From IMG/VR virus record IMGVR_UViG_3300028832_000098, positions 17,241-81,240 of that record: a stretch of 64,000 nucleotides of DNA; one strand, written 5' to 3'. The notes beneath the pieces are model-generated. The model was not told where the DNA came from, made no database searches, and worked only from the letters and a program-made list of their open reading frames with translations. The translations under genes were made by a program, and so were the position numbers. Positions 10,164 through 18,791 of this stretch are shown in pieces. The first letter of the stretch is position 1. Every line of letters starts with the position of its first letter. The DNA comes from a virus (Duplodnaviria > Heunggongvirae > Uroviricota > Caudoviricetes).

Positions 10164-10469
10164 TTATTGTCTTACTAATTTTGTACACTTTTTAAATGTC
10201 CTGCATGGTGTCCCCTTTGATGCCGTAGGTTCGTACCATACTACCCGGCGATATGGCAGATTGTTTACCGAGATTGATAACCAGCAGCGTTCCTTGCCTG
10301 TTGGTGAACAGCAAGCGAAATCTACGCAACACTCGTCTCTCAATGGGTTATGTATGGCAATGCCAAACCATTGCAATATACTCTGCAATCTGCTGCTAAC
10401 TGCAATATTTTTTCGAAATGCAGTTTTTAAATAATATTTATCAAATGCTTTCATAATTTTTTTAATCAA
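10164..10469 (-). CDS. hypothetical protein
   Basis: 101 aa ORF; start uncertain. Confidence 0.5.
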   Translation of the reverse strand: MIKKIMKAFDKYYLKTAFRKNIAVSSRLQSILQWFGIAIHNPLRDECCVDFACCSPTGKERCWLSISVNNLPYRRVVWYEPTASKGTPCRTFKKCTKLVRQ

Positions 10470-10766
10470 ATTTAGATTCTTCTGTAGAATTGAACATAGT
10501 ATTTTGTTATTGAAAATCTGTAATCTTTTCTACTTTGATATATAAATTATATCCATCGGTTTTCACAAATTTGTGTCTTTCTTGTGTTATATCCTCTATT
10601 TTTCTAAAAGGATTATGTCTATCGCTACGTCGTAAGATTCGTTATTGTGCTTTGTCACAATCATGTCAATATCTTTCAGCCAGTCTTTCATAATTCAAAA
10701 ACGTTCTTTAAGTACAATATGATTTTTTCCAATTTTCTTTTATCATAATTCTGTTTTTTAGTATTT

Positions 10767-10991
10767 TTACTGTTCAGCTATTTTTCGTTTCCGTACGATT
10801 TCATCACAGATAGGACATTTTATAATTTTGTAAATGTCTTTATGATAGTATCCTACTGACGAAAATTCCCGTACGGTATCTATGTTTTCAGGTGTAACCT
10901 TAAATTTACAATTACAGAAATCACACGTCAACGTATTGTCAACAATACCATTTTTCACTATTTCATAATTTTTGTCTGTTTCCATAACCAT
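10767..10991 (-). CDS. Zn-ribbon protein
   Basis: CDFC...CPIC. Confidence 0.7.
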   Translation of the reverse strand: MVMETDKNYEIVKNGIVDNTLTCDFCNCKFKVTPENIDTVREFSSVGYYHKDIYKIIKCPICDEIVRKRKIAEQ

Positions 10992-11006
10992 AAGATGTTG
11001 ACATAA

Positions 11007-11801
11007 CTATTTATTTAAGTGTTCCTTATATGCTTTAATAATTTCTTCAACAGATACGTCTATCGTTCCAAGAAAACTTGTACAATGCACAATATTTGGA
11101 TTTTCTAAATCAACATTCATACTGCATCCGACCTCAGAACCATAATAGCTAAGAGCATTATTTAATAAAAGTTGGTATGCGGTAGATTCCATTTTATTTT
11201 CAACAAGTATAACTCTTCCGCCAATATATCTTCCTGAAATTACAGGATATTCGCTTTCTATGATTTTATGTATAGCGTTATGTTTTTCAGTATCTCCATA
11301 AGAGTCATCTTCTATAATAAGGTAATTTACATTCATTCCTATAAAGGTTCTTGAATCATATTTTGTAAAGATTATCTTAAATTCTTCAAATTCAAACTTT
11401 GAACAGCCTTCTGTTATTTTAACTTTGAATACGTCTTTTAAGAACTTACATATTCTCTGATAAAAATAATGTGTCTTGTTGCATACGATATAAACAGTTT
11501 GCCGTTCTCTATCTGCATAGTAATGGTCTAAAGCAGATTTTATCACGTAAATCAAGATATATAGAATATCGTTTTTTAATGTAAGCATTTCGGTAGAATT
11601 ATCAACCATATTCTGTCCTGATTCTATTTTTTCCGAAATCTTGTTAATGTCATCTCTTGTAATCTCATCAATTTTATCACAAGAATGCTCAAATACCAAC
11701 TTTTTGACAGAATTCTTAAAAGATGTTGTCAGTAAGTAAGAAATAGAGTGGTTTATAAATTTTGACGGTTCCATAATATTTTTATTTTTATAGCTTGCCA
11801 T
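11007..11801 (-). CDS. protein resembling a degenerate large-terminase ATPase domain
   Basis: TVYIVCNK...FIGMNVNYLIIEDD...YPVISG..GGRVILVEN; no Walker A found. Confidence 0.5.
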   Translation of the reverse strand: MASYKNKNIMEPSKFINHSISYLLTTSFKNSVKKLVFEHSCDKIDEITRDDINKISEKIESGQNMVDNSTEMLTLKNDILYILIYVIKSALDHYYADRERQTVYIVCNKTHYFYQRICKFLKDVFKVKITEGCSKFEFEEFKIIFTKYDSRTFIGMNVNYLIIEDDSYGDTEKHNAIHKIIESEYPVISGRYIGGRVILVENKMESTAYQLLLNNALSYYGSEVGCSMNVDLENPNIVHCTSFLGTIDVSVEEIIKAYKEHLNK

Positions 11802-11804
11802 TGT

Positions 11805-11823
11805 TTATATAAAAAACAACGTT
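11805..11823 (-). promoter_or_regulatory. repeated motif AACGTTGTTTTTTATATAA (putative phage middle promoter), copy 1
   Basis: Intergenic, upstream of a minus-strand gene; 10 near-identical copies in the window. Confidence 0.75.
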
Positions 11824-11876
11824 ATTATGTAAATGAGAAAATAAAATTTTTATAACAGCTACCTTTTAATTGCTGT

Positions 11877-12170
11877 TCAGTCATTTTCAGAATTTTGTCG
11901 TTCAGCCATTCTTCTTTGATATTGTCTCTCGAATTTGACCATATCCTCATAAAATTTTACTGTTTGCTGGTTCGAATAGCAAGGGTCCTCTTCATATTTC
12001 TTATATGCGAAGTATAATAAGTCCTGATACCTTTCCTCTGCTGTTTGCTCGGTACAGAATCTCTCGACAAAATCATCATATTCTTTCTTATTCAAAAACA
12101 GTGGGAATAAGATTCTTTTATACCATGGTAATTTCCGTTTGTATGATAAAAATTGAATATAAGTCGCCAT
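11877..12170 (-). CDS. hypothetical protein
   Basis: 97 aa ORF. Confidence 0.65.
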   Translation of the reverse strand: MATYIQFLSYKRKLPWYKRILFPLFLNKKEYDDFVERFCTEQTAEERYQDLLYFAYKKYEEDPCYSNQQTVKFYEDMVKFERQYQRRMAERQNSEND

Positions 12171-12187
12171 GTTTAAGATTTTTATTT

Positions 12188-12976
12188 TTAGATGTCATAT
12201 CGTTCCGCTTCTTCCTTAGTTCTGAAAAAATGTATACCTTCTCCGCATTCAACATTATATTTTGTATTGAAATTTTTAATCTCCAATACATCACCCTTTC
12301 TATACTCGAAACTATAGAATAATATCGAGTGCTGGATGCCCTTGCATTTCTTTACGATTGCCTTATTGGTACGGCATTTGTCCTTGTTTATTGAAAACAC
12401 TGTCGCTCCTTCCGGTATCTCCAATTCTATTACGTTTCCTTCGAACGTCTTCTTGTATCCTTTCATCGGTTCTTTTAAAACCATACCGAGCCTGCATTTT
12501 TCGGAATCGTCAAATTTGGCTCCATTCAGATTAGCTCCGCTAAAAGTAGTCTTACCTAAAATGGCTCCTCTCAAGTCTGCGCCGTCTAAATCAGCACGAC
12601 TCAAATCTGCGCCGGTCAAACCGGCATTACTCAAATTAGCTCCTCTTAAATTGGCTTCATAAAAACTGGCTTCATTCAAATAAGCGCCAGCTAAATAGGC
12701 GTCACTCAAATTGGCTCCTGTTAAATTGGCTTCAAATAAATTGGCTCCAGCTAAATTAGCATTCCTCAAATGAGCTAATCTTAAATCGGCGCCATCTAAA
12801 TCGACTCCTTCTAAATTGGCACCAATCATACAGGCTTTCCTCAAATCGGCACCTGTCAAAGTGACATTACTCAAATCACCTCTCAAGCTGGCACGCATAA
12901 GTTCCCATCCGTCACAGTCCTTGTTTAACCAATGCTGATGTTGTTCTATTATGTCGTTTAACTCTTTTTGTGTCAT
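12188..12976 (-). CDS. pentapeptide-repeat protein with C-terminal phage domain (DUF5758-like)
   Basis: A[DN]L.G repeats over about 125 aa; C-terminal GYKK..LEIP..KCR...EC..GIHFF. Confidence 0.9.
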   Translation of the reverse strand: MTQKELNDIIEQHQHWLNKDCDGWELMRASLRGDLSNVTLTGADLRKACMIGANLEGVDLDGADLRLAHLRNANLAGANLFEANLTGANLSDAYLAGAYLNEASFYEANLRGANLSNAGLTGADLSRADLDGADLRGAILGKTTFSGANLNGAKFDDSEKCRLGMVLKEPMKGYKKTFEGNVIELEIPEGATVFSINKDKCRTNKAIVKKCKGIQHSILFYSFEYRKGDVLEIKNFNTKYNVECGEGIHFFRTKEEAERYDI

Positions 12977-13001
12977 AGCTTTAATTATTTAAATTGTACA
13001 T
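12968..13001. repeat. 34-bp direct repeat spanning a gene junction (second copy at 13380-13413)
   Basis: ttgtgtcatagctttaattatttaaattgtacat is identical at both sites. Confidence 0.9.
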
Positions 13002-13388
13002 ACCCTCAGGAGCATCTAATGCAAGACCTCTGTCAATAAGTCCAAGAAAATCAAAATGATGTTCAATGAGCCATTCAATAGTAAACGCTATATTATATTC
13101 AAATGTTAATCCAACTCTTCTAACTAATATTTGATGGTGACGATAAACTGCTTTCTCTACTTTTGTCATTGAACTCATTGGACGAAGATACGGCTTAACA
13201 TCTTCTATGTCAGCAAAAAGTGTGTCACCATCTGGTAATAAAGTACCGCATTCATTTTTCAAAAGTAGTTTCGAGTCAGAACATAAGGAATCAATCGTAC
13301 CAATTTCATTTTGGTATAGGACTTTGACTCCATACGGCAATCTTGCCGAAATGTCCTTAAATAAAATTTGTTTTTCCTCTTGTGTCAT
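12981..13388 (-). CDS. paralog family A protein
   Basis: KDISARLPYGVK..KPYLRPMSSMT..HHFDFLGLIDRGLALDAPEGMY. Confidence 0.85.
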   Translation of the reverse strand: MTQEEKQILFKDISARLPYGVKVLYQNEIGTIDSLCSDSKLLLKNECGTLLPDGDTLFADIEDVKPYLRPMSSMTKVEKAVYRHHQILVRRVGLTFEYNIAFTIEWLIEHHFDFLGLIDRGLALDAPEGMYNLNN

Positions 13389-13392
13389 AGCT

Positions 13393-13878
13393 TTAATTAT
13401 TTAAATTGTACATTCCCTCTGGAGCCTCCAATGCCAAATCTTTCTCAATTAAGTTGTGACAGTCAAAATGATGTTCTGTGAGCCAATCAATAGCATCTAC
13501 AATGGAATAAAGAGGATATTCGTCAAGCCATAAGTCTATGAAAGCGTAATTTGAATTATCTCTCTTCATCAATTCAACAGTATCAAATTCAAAGAATTCA
13601 ATTCTAAACTCATCCAATTCTTTTTTTGTCATTGACGATAGTGGACGAAGGTATGGCTTATATCGTAATTTATCCTTGTGTATAAGTTTATCTTCTCCAG
13701 CGAATTCCAAATTACTTTCTTTCCTTTTCGAAAAAGAATACTTTATACTTAATGAATTTACATCCACATAATCTAATGTATATATTTCATCAGGCTTATA
13801 TAAGCATTTGATTTTTACGCCGTGAGGCTGTCTTGCGCATAAATCCTTAATCAATAATTCTTTTTTCTTTTGTTCCAT
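13393..13878 (-). CDS. paralog family A protein
   Basis: KDLCARQPHGVK..KPYLRPLSSMT..ALEAPEGMY. Confidence 0.85.
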   Translation of the reverse strand: MEQKKKELLIKDLCARQPHGVKIKCLYKPDEIYTLDYVDVNSLSIKYSFSKRKESNLEFAGEDKLIHKDKLRYKPYLRPLSSMTKKELDEFRIEFFEFDTVELMKRDNSNYAFIDLWLDEYPLYSIVDAIDWLTEHHFDCHNLIEKDLALEAPEGMYNLNN

Positions 13879-13927
13879 GGCCTAATCTATTTTACATTCC
13901 TTCCGGACGTTTCGAAATCTTTTGTAA

Positions 13928-14149
13928 TTATAATTCGTTATTTTTCTTTGCTTCATCCAAAGCATCCCAAAAACTTATTGATGAATCACATCGCAGTTCC
14001 CAAAAACCGCATGATGTAGAGTCTTCAATATTTGTAATAGGGTGATTTGTAGCAGTATGACCTCCCATGTTAATCATAATGAAACCGTCATCAGGAACTT
14101 GTTCTAATTCCTTCAATAAGTCTTTTTTACGAAATTTATAATATCCCAT
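13928..14149 (-). CDS. hypothetical protein
   Basis: 73 aa ORF. Confidence 0.65.
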   Translation of the reverse strand: MGYYKFRKKDLLKELEQVPDDGFIMINMGGHTATNHPITNIEDSTSCGFWELRCDSSISFWDALDEAKKNNEL

Positions 14150-14161
14150 AGTATTTTAGTA

Positions 14162-14638
14162 TTAGTCATACATACCATCTGGAGCCTGCAATGCCAAACC
14201 CATTGGAATCAAACCACGGTAGTCGAAGTGATTCTCATTGAGCCAGTCAATTTCTTCAATATAGGAACCTCGTCCTACATACACAGTTGAAACAACTTCT
14301 TTGTCATTTTCATCTTTGTAGGCAATTTGTACGCACCAGCAATTATCAAGGAAGAGTTCAGTTTCCTTTATCCTCAAATCTTTCCTACATCTTTTATCTC
14401 TTGCAAGATAAAGGGTAACCAATTCCAGTTTTTCCTTATCCGTCATTGAAGACAATGGACGGAGATATGGCTTTACTGGTGGCTCTATATAATCACCGTT
14501 TCCATAGAATAAATCTATAATGTATGAGTCGCCTATATGTAACTCATACATTCTTCCCATATCATCAAGCACCTTGACCTTATATGGTAGTCTCGTACAA
14601 AGTTCTTTTAACAGTAATTGCTTTTCTTCTGCTGTCAT
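14162..14638 (-). CDS. paralog family A protein
   Basis: Likely start MTAEEKQ at 14638; family motifs present. Confidence 0.85.
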   Translation of the reverse strand: MTAEEKQLLLKELCTRLPYKVKVLDDMGRMYELHIGDSYIIDLFYGNGDYIEPPVKPYLRPLSSMTDKEKLELVTLYLARDKRCRKDLRIKETELFLDNCWCVQIAYKDENDKEVVSTVYVGRGSYIEEIDWLNENHFDYRGLIPMGLALQAPDGMYD

Positions 14639-14640
14639 AA

Positions 14641-14898
14641 CTATTCCTCCAATTTCTTTCTTAAACGGTGAATTAACTCGGTGCAATCAGCAAATGAAAC
14701 ATTGTTTCTACATATTTCTTTCCTCATTTCGTATGCTTCATCAAGAATCTTAGCAAACTGCTCATCTTTCCACTTAGCCATCTCCATAGCACACGCAAAG
14801 CCTGCACTCTCAGTATCTGGTGAAGCGATTCCTAATTGACCTCTTCTGAAATAATCTCTTGCAAGGTCTCTTGCTTTTTCTCTTACTTTTGCATCCAT
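14641..14898 (-). CDS. small hypothetical protein (AMEMAKWKDE motif)
   Basis: 85 aa ORF. Confidence 0.7.
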   Translation of the reverse strand: MDAKVREKARDLARDYFRRGQLGIASPDTESAGFACAMEMAKWKDEQFAKILDEAYEMRKEICRNNVSFADCTELIHRLRKKLEE

Positions 14899-14959
14899 AC
14901 TATTTAATATTTAGTTATATACTTTAGTTCTTTTGTTTATGTCACAGGCGTAGTCATAA

Positions 14960-15130
14960 CTATTCCTCCTCAAGAATTAAGGGTTTTTGACCATTACAAT
15001 AGACCCAATCAAGAGCATCTTTAACTCCTTCTTCATAACTACGAAAAGAATCAGTATTTCCTTCGTTTATACACTTTGAACATTCATCCATAAGTTGCAT
15101 TGCTTGTTCTTTTTTATCTTCTGTTATCAT
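14960..15130 (-). CDS. small hypothetical protein (56 aa, not in ORF track)
   Basis: MITEDKKEQAMQLMDECS...YEEGVKDALDWV. Confidence 0.55.
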   Translation of the reverse strand: MITEDKKEQAMQLMDECSKCINEGNTDSFRSYEEGVKDALDWVYCNGQKPLILEEE

Positions 15131-15141
15131 AATCCCATAAA

Positions 15142-15513
15142 TTATAAGTCATAGTCAAATCCGTACATTTTACAATACACATCCACAATAATACCAAGCT
15201 CGTCTAAGAGCGTCTTATGACGAAGCTCCGCAGACTTAAAATCTGTAGGTTTGTTGTCATGGCATTCCCAAAGCCAGCTATGTAATCTGTTTATGGAATC
15301 TGTATTCTTACAGAAGGAATCCATATCAAATTCGCAGGCAGCTTGCTTTTTAGTAGTGTATTTAATGATATTTCCTATATTGGACGTGACATGAATCTCG
15401 GTGCAATAACCATCTTCATGCTGCTCCAGGTTACATTCTATTTCGAATATATCTATATCCGACGTCTCGTTATCATATATTATTTTATATGTACTCGTGC
15501 GTTTTATCTTCAT
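15142..15513 (-). CDS. hypothetical protein
   Basis: 123 aa ORF. Confidence 0.65.
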   Translation of the reverse strand: MKIKRTSTYKIIYDNETSDIDIFEIECNLEQHEDGYCTEIHVTSNIGNIIKYTTKKQAACEFDMDSFCKNTDSINRLHSWLWECHDNKPTDFKSAELRHKTLLDELGIIVDVYCKMYGFDYDL

Positions 15514-15556
15514 AGCTTTGTTTTTTTAATCTGTTGTTATTTGAAATCCATATTTT

Positions 15557-15763
15557 TTACTCCGTTAATTCTTGCGCCTTGTTAATAATCATTTCATCAG
15601 GAATGATGCTAAGTAATTCGTCGAATAGCTTTCTTGACTGAATTTCGTTTATTAAGGCTTCGTCAGATGCGTTCACACAGAACTAATTGCCTATTGCTTC
15701 ATCCTGCTGCCTGCTTGTATGTTCAAGCAGGTTGTCAGTGTTTATCGTAACCGTAATTTCCAT
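15557..15763 (-). pseudogene. 68-codon gene interrupted by one in-frame TAG (15683-15685)
   Basis: MEITVTINTDNLLEHTSRQQDEAIGN*FCVNASDEALINEIQSRKLF...; fills the intergenic gap. Confidence 0.65.
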
Positions 15764-15785
15764 AATTTATACTTTATATGATAAC

Positions 15786-16259
15786 TTATATCTTATTTAG
15801 TTCTTTCTTTTCTGAATCCCATTCATACCCTGTTTTTTTCATCCTTCGAAACAAGCGGTCTCGTTGTTCTTTTGTTGCAGGATGAGCATTACCATTCAAT
15901 GTAGCATCAATAGAATGCACCTCATAACCTGTATGAAACTCTCCATCTGCAGTTATAAAACAATGTGAACTATACCATATTCCATGAATGTACTTAAAAA
16001 TACAAGTCCATCCACTATCGTAAAATATTACATCTCCATCCTTCGCATCCTCTATGGTCCAAAGGTGTATTTCTTCTTCAAAAGAAGAACCAATCCATCC
16101 ACCATAAGTTGTCTTATATCCGTCTTTTGTAACCTCTGCAATTTGTCTTGGTTCATTCTCTGTTGCTCTGCCTATAATCCAATCACCAACTTTGAACTTT
16201 GGCTTAAAGTTATTAGTTTTCAGCTTATTGTCAGTGCTTATTGTAGTCGTTGTTTTCAT
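15786..16259 (-). CDS. free-standing single WTIEDAKDGDV repeat module
   Basis: KFKVGDW..WTIEDAKDGDVI..HPATKEQRD..GYEWDSEKKEL. Confidence 0.85.
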   Translation of the reverse strand: MKTTTTISTDNKLKTNNFKPKFKVGDWIIGRATENEPRQIAEVTKDGYKTTYGGWIGSSFEEEIHLWTIEDAKDGDVIFYDSGWTCIFKYIHGIWYSSHCFITADGEFHTGYEVHSIDATLNGNAHPATKEQRDRLFRRMKKTGYEWDSEKKELNKI

Positions 16260-16262
16260 AAT

Positions 16263-16436
16263 TTATATTTTTTGTATATGAATTGATTTAAGCCTTTTAA
16301 TAGTATCTTCAGACAGATTAGCGGAACTGCCATCATTCTGCTTTATCCTAAGATATTTCTTTGCGAAATAAGCTATGTCAGAGCGACATTTCTCTGTCTC
16401 AATCTTAATTTTGTCAGTTGTAATGTTATTCTTCAT
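16263..16436 (-). CDS. 57-aa protein resembling the N-terminus of a T4 gp17-like large terminase
   Basis: EKCRSDIAYFAKKY; ATG at 16436 lies just downstream of a promoter motif. Confidence 0.6.
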   Translation of the reverse strand: MKNNITTDKIKIETEKCRSDIAYFAKKYLRIKQNDGSSANLSEDTIKRLKSIHIQKI

Positions 16437-16446
16437 TTTATTGTTT

Positions 16447-16464
16447 TTATATAAAAAACAACAA
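16447..16464 (-). promoter_or_regulatory. putative middle promoter motif, copy 2
   Basis: ttatataaaaaacaacaa on plus strand. Confidence 0.7.
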
Positions 16465-16509
16465 AATTCTAACAATTGCCTGAAATTATCTTACTTAATC
16501 TTGTGAAGC

Positions 16510-16938
16510 TTACTTATATATGTCTTCAGACGCTCTCATGGCGAGACCTTTCTCAATTAGGCCTCTGTAATCGAAATGATGTTCGTTGAGCCAATCAATT
16601 CCAGTTTGCATTATCCTGGCTTGGTTGATATAACCTTGTATATTGCCTCCCTTCCGTGCAAGCTCATCAATAACACAGAAGTCATTAAATTCTTTATATT
16701 CTTTCTTAGTCATACTTGACATCGGACGGAGGAATGCCTTCACTTTACCGCATCCATGAAGCAGCCAGTCCAAGTCGCTCTCGTCAAGCGTCTTGTCACG
16801 TGTCACGTTCTTTACTTTATTGGTGTCGTAATCGACTATTTCTGGATATGTTGCTCGTATCTTTACTCCATATATCAGCCTTGCCGATAAATCTTTGAGA
16901 ATTTCTCTTTCTTTTTTACTTATCTTCATAGCGTTCAT
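16510..16938 (-). CDS. paralog family A protein
   Basis: KDLSARLIYGVK..FLRPMSSMT..DWLNEHHFDYRGLIEKGLA. Confidence 0.85.
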   Translation of the reverse strand: MNAMKISKKEREILKDLSARLIYGVKIRATYPEIVDYDTNKVKNVTRDKTLDESDLDWLLHGCGKVKAFLRPMSSMTKKEYKEFNDFCVIDELARKGGNIQGYINQARIMQTGIDWLNEHHFDYRGLIEKGLAMRASEDIYK

Positions 16939-17357
16939 TATTTGTACATTCCTGCAGGCGCTTCTGCTGCAAGCCCGTTGTCGATGAGGTTCCTGTAATC
17001 GAAATGATTTTTATTAAGCCAGTCTGTAGCTTCCGTTTCATTCCATACACCTACGATGTCATTGGTTTCTTTATGCCTAAGTACGACGAGGCCTCCTTTA
17101 AGGTTCGCAACAAATTTCTTCTCGTCGTCAGTCATACTTGACATCGGTCTGAGTAGAGGCGTTACGAATTCTATCTCGACGAAACCGTCTGATTCCTTCC
17201 AGTCAAGCTCCTTGAAATATGCGGTGTCATCATCTTTTATACCTGAAAGAATATGGGTGTTCTGAATGTCTCCATAGACAAAACATTTGACTCCATATAT
17301 CAGTCTTGCTGATAAATCTTTGAGTAATAGCTCTTTACGTTTTATATCCATAGTCAT
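16938..17357 (-). CDS. paralog family A protein
   Basis: KDLSARLIYGVK..LLRPMSSMT..DWLNKNHFDYRNLI..APAGMY. Confidence 0.85.
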   Translation of the reverse strand: MTMDIKRKELLLKDLSARLIYGVKCFVYGDIQNTHILSGIKDDDTAYFKELDWKESDGFVEIEFVTPLLRPMSSMTDDEKKFVANLKGGLVVLRHKETNDIVGVWNETEATDWLNKNHFDYRNLIDNGLAAEAPAGMYK

Positions 17358-17401
17358 AACACCTATTTAAGATTCTTTAACACCAGCATTTCACATTATT
17401 T

Positions 17402-17686
17402 TCAGTTCTCACATTTTTTAAGAATGTTTTCAGCATCAATATCATAGCATTCCAGGACCTCATCAAGGTTTTCGATAAACGTACTGCCGTCATAGCATAA
17501 TGTCGTTTCACATAGCACTCTGTCGTCAAATGCACTGTATCCTAACAAATCACAGAAATCCTTCAACAAATAAGCTGGTACCCATAAGTTCAGCTTCTTT
17601 ACGTACTTTCCGTTTTCGTAGAAGTCCTGCCATCTGCATTCAAGCTCGTTTTCATGTATGAACTTGTAAATCTGTAATTCAGTCAT
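17402..17686 (-). CDS. hypothetical protein
   Basis: 94 aa ORF. Confidence 0.7.
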   Translation of the reverse strand: MTELQIYKFIHENELECRWQDFYENGKYVKKLNLWVPAYLLKDFCDLLGYSAFDDRVLCETTLCYDGSTFIENLDEVLECYDIDAENILKKCEN

Positions 17687-17716
17687 CTTGTTATAAATTT
17701 AAGTCTATATTCATTT

Positions 17717-18055
17717 TTACACGAATCCTTCTATCGGCTTCAGCCCGTTATTGAGAGCCCTCGTAACTTTCTCCATAGTATTCTCATAAGGTTTTTCTCC
17801 CAATATCGGATGTTTTGTATTATATGTCTTGTATATCAGTTCAGTCGTCTCACGCCCGCAATATCCGGCATAGTAGCCTATATTGCTTTTCGCGATTTTC
17901 TCTGCCTCCTCATACGTACAGTTATTCTCGACGGATATATAGTTTATATACGCCTCGAAGAATTCCTGGGTTTTCGGACTTTTTTGTTCCGCAAGTCTGA
18001 GACATTCTAAAAATATCTCGTCAAACGTCGAATATGTCTTACCTTCAAATTCCAT
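17717..18055 (-). CDS. hypothetical protein (SNIGYYAGY motif)
   Basis: Likely start MEFEG at 18055. Confidence 0.7.
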   Translation of the reverse strand: MEFEGKTYSTFDEIFLECLRLAEQKSPKTQEFFEAYINYISVENNCTYEEAEKIAKSNIGYYAGYCGRETTELIYKTYNTKHPILGEKPYENTMEKVTRALNNGLKPIEGFV

Positions 18056-18059
18056 GGCT

Positions 18060-18239
18060 TCAATCTTCTTCTGGTCTGTATAAAAAATCAATGAAATTAG
18101 GCACCTTGCCTTTCTTAAGCTCTCTTTCTATAAAGCGTCTTACACGGCGCGATAAACTACTCCATTCTTCTTCTACCAGAACAGGCTTACCTTCTCCGTC
18201 ATATTTGAACGGTAATTTCTTATATTCTTCAATAGTCAT
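18060..18239 (-). CDS. small hypothetical protein (59 aa, not in ORF track)
   Basis: MTIEEYKKLPFKYDGEGKPVLVEEEWSSLSRRVRRF... Confidence 0.6.
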   Translation of the reverse strand: MTIEEYKKLPFKYDGEGKPVLVEEEWSSLSRRVRRFIERELKKGKVPNFIDFLYRPEED

Positions 18240-18253
18240 AATAAGTATTTGTT

Positions 18254-18472
18254 TTAAATGTTATCAATTAAATGTCGTGAAGGCATTTGTTGAGGGAAAT
18301 ATATCTTATGCAGCTTGCTGCCGCATGTCGTATAAAGTCTCTTGCATACAGAACACCTGTAATTACGCCAGACTTCTCCGCCGTTTGTCGTACCTGTCTC
18401 AGGAAACCTGCTGCCCTCGATATATACCAGATTTCCGTTACAGTTATGAAATATCCTCTCAAGAATCTTCAT
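18254..18472 (-). CDS. small hypothetical protein, possible Zn-binding
   Basis: 72 aa; CSVC; ATGA overlap with the upstream gene. Confidence 0.55.
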   Translation of the reverse strand: MKILERIFHNCNGNLVYIEGSRFPETGTTNGGEVWRNYRCSVCKRLYTTCGSKLHKIYFPQQMPSRHLIDNI

Positions 18473-18762
18473 AGCTCAAATTTCTTTTTGTCCTCAAGAT
18501 ATTTCTGATACTCTTCAGGATTGTTCTTGATGTTGTCATCAATCTCCTTCTTACGTTTTTCTCTTTCAATTTCTCGGATATACTCCTTATACTCATCCAT
18601 GCTTTCTATGTTAGCTTTCTGCTCCGGAGTAATGTCTTCGCATTCGAGATAATGCCTTACACAGTATTCTTTACCCTTTGTCAAGCCAAGATAGCTGTTA
18701 CCTTCTTGAGCGTATCGCTTCCAAATTTCGGAGCATTTGTCCATCAATTCTTTGTATGTCAT
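18469..18762 (-). CDS. hypothetical protein
   Basis: Likely start MTYKEL. Confidence 0.65.
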   Translation of the reverse strand: MTYKELMDKCSEIWKRYAQEGNSYLGLTKGKEYCVRHYLECEDITPEQKANIESMDEYKEYIREIEREKRKKEIDDNIKNNPEEYQKYLEDKKKFEL

Positions 18763-18791
18763 ATTAAGTTTTATTTTTCTTATTATTAAAG

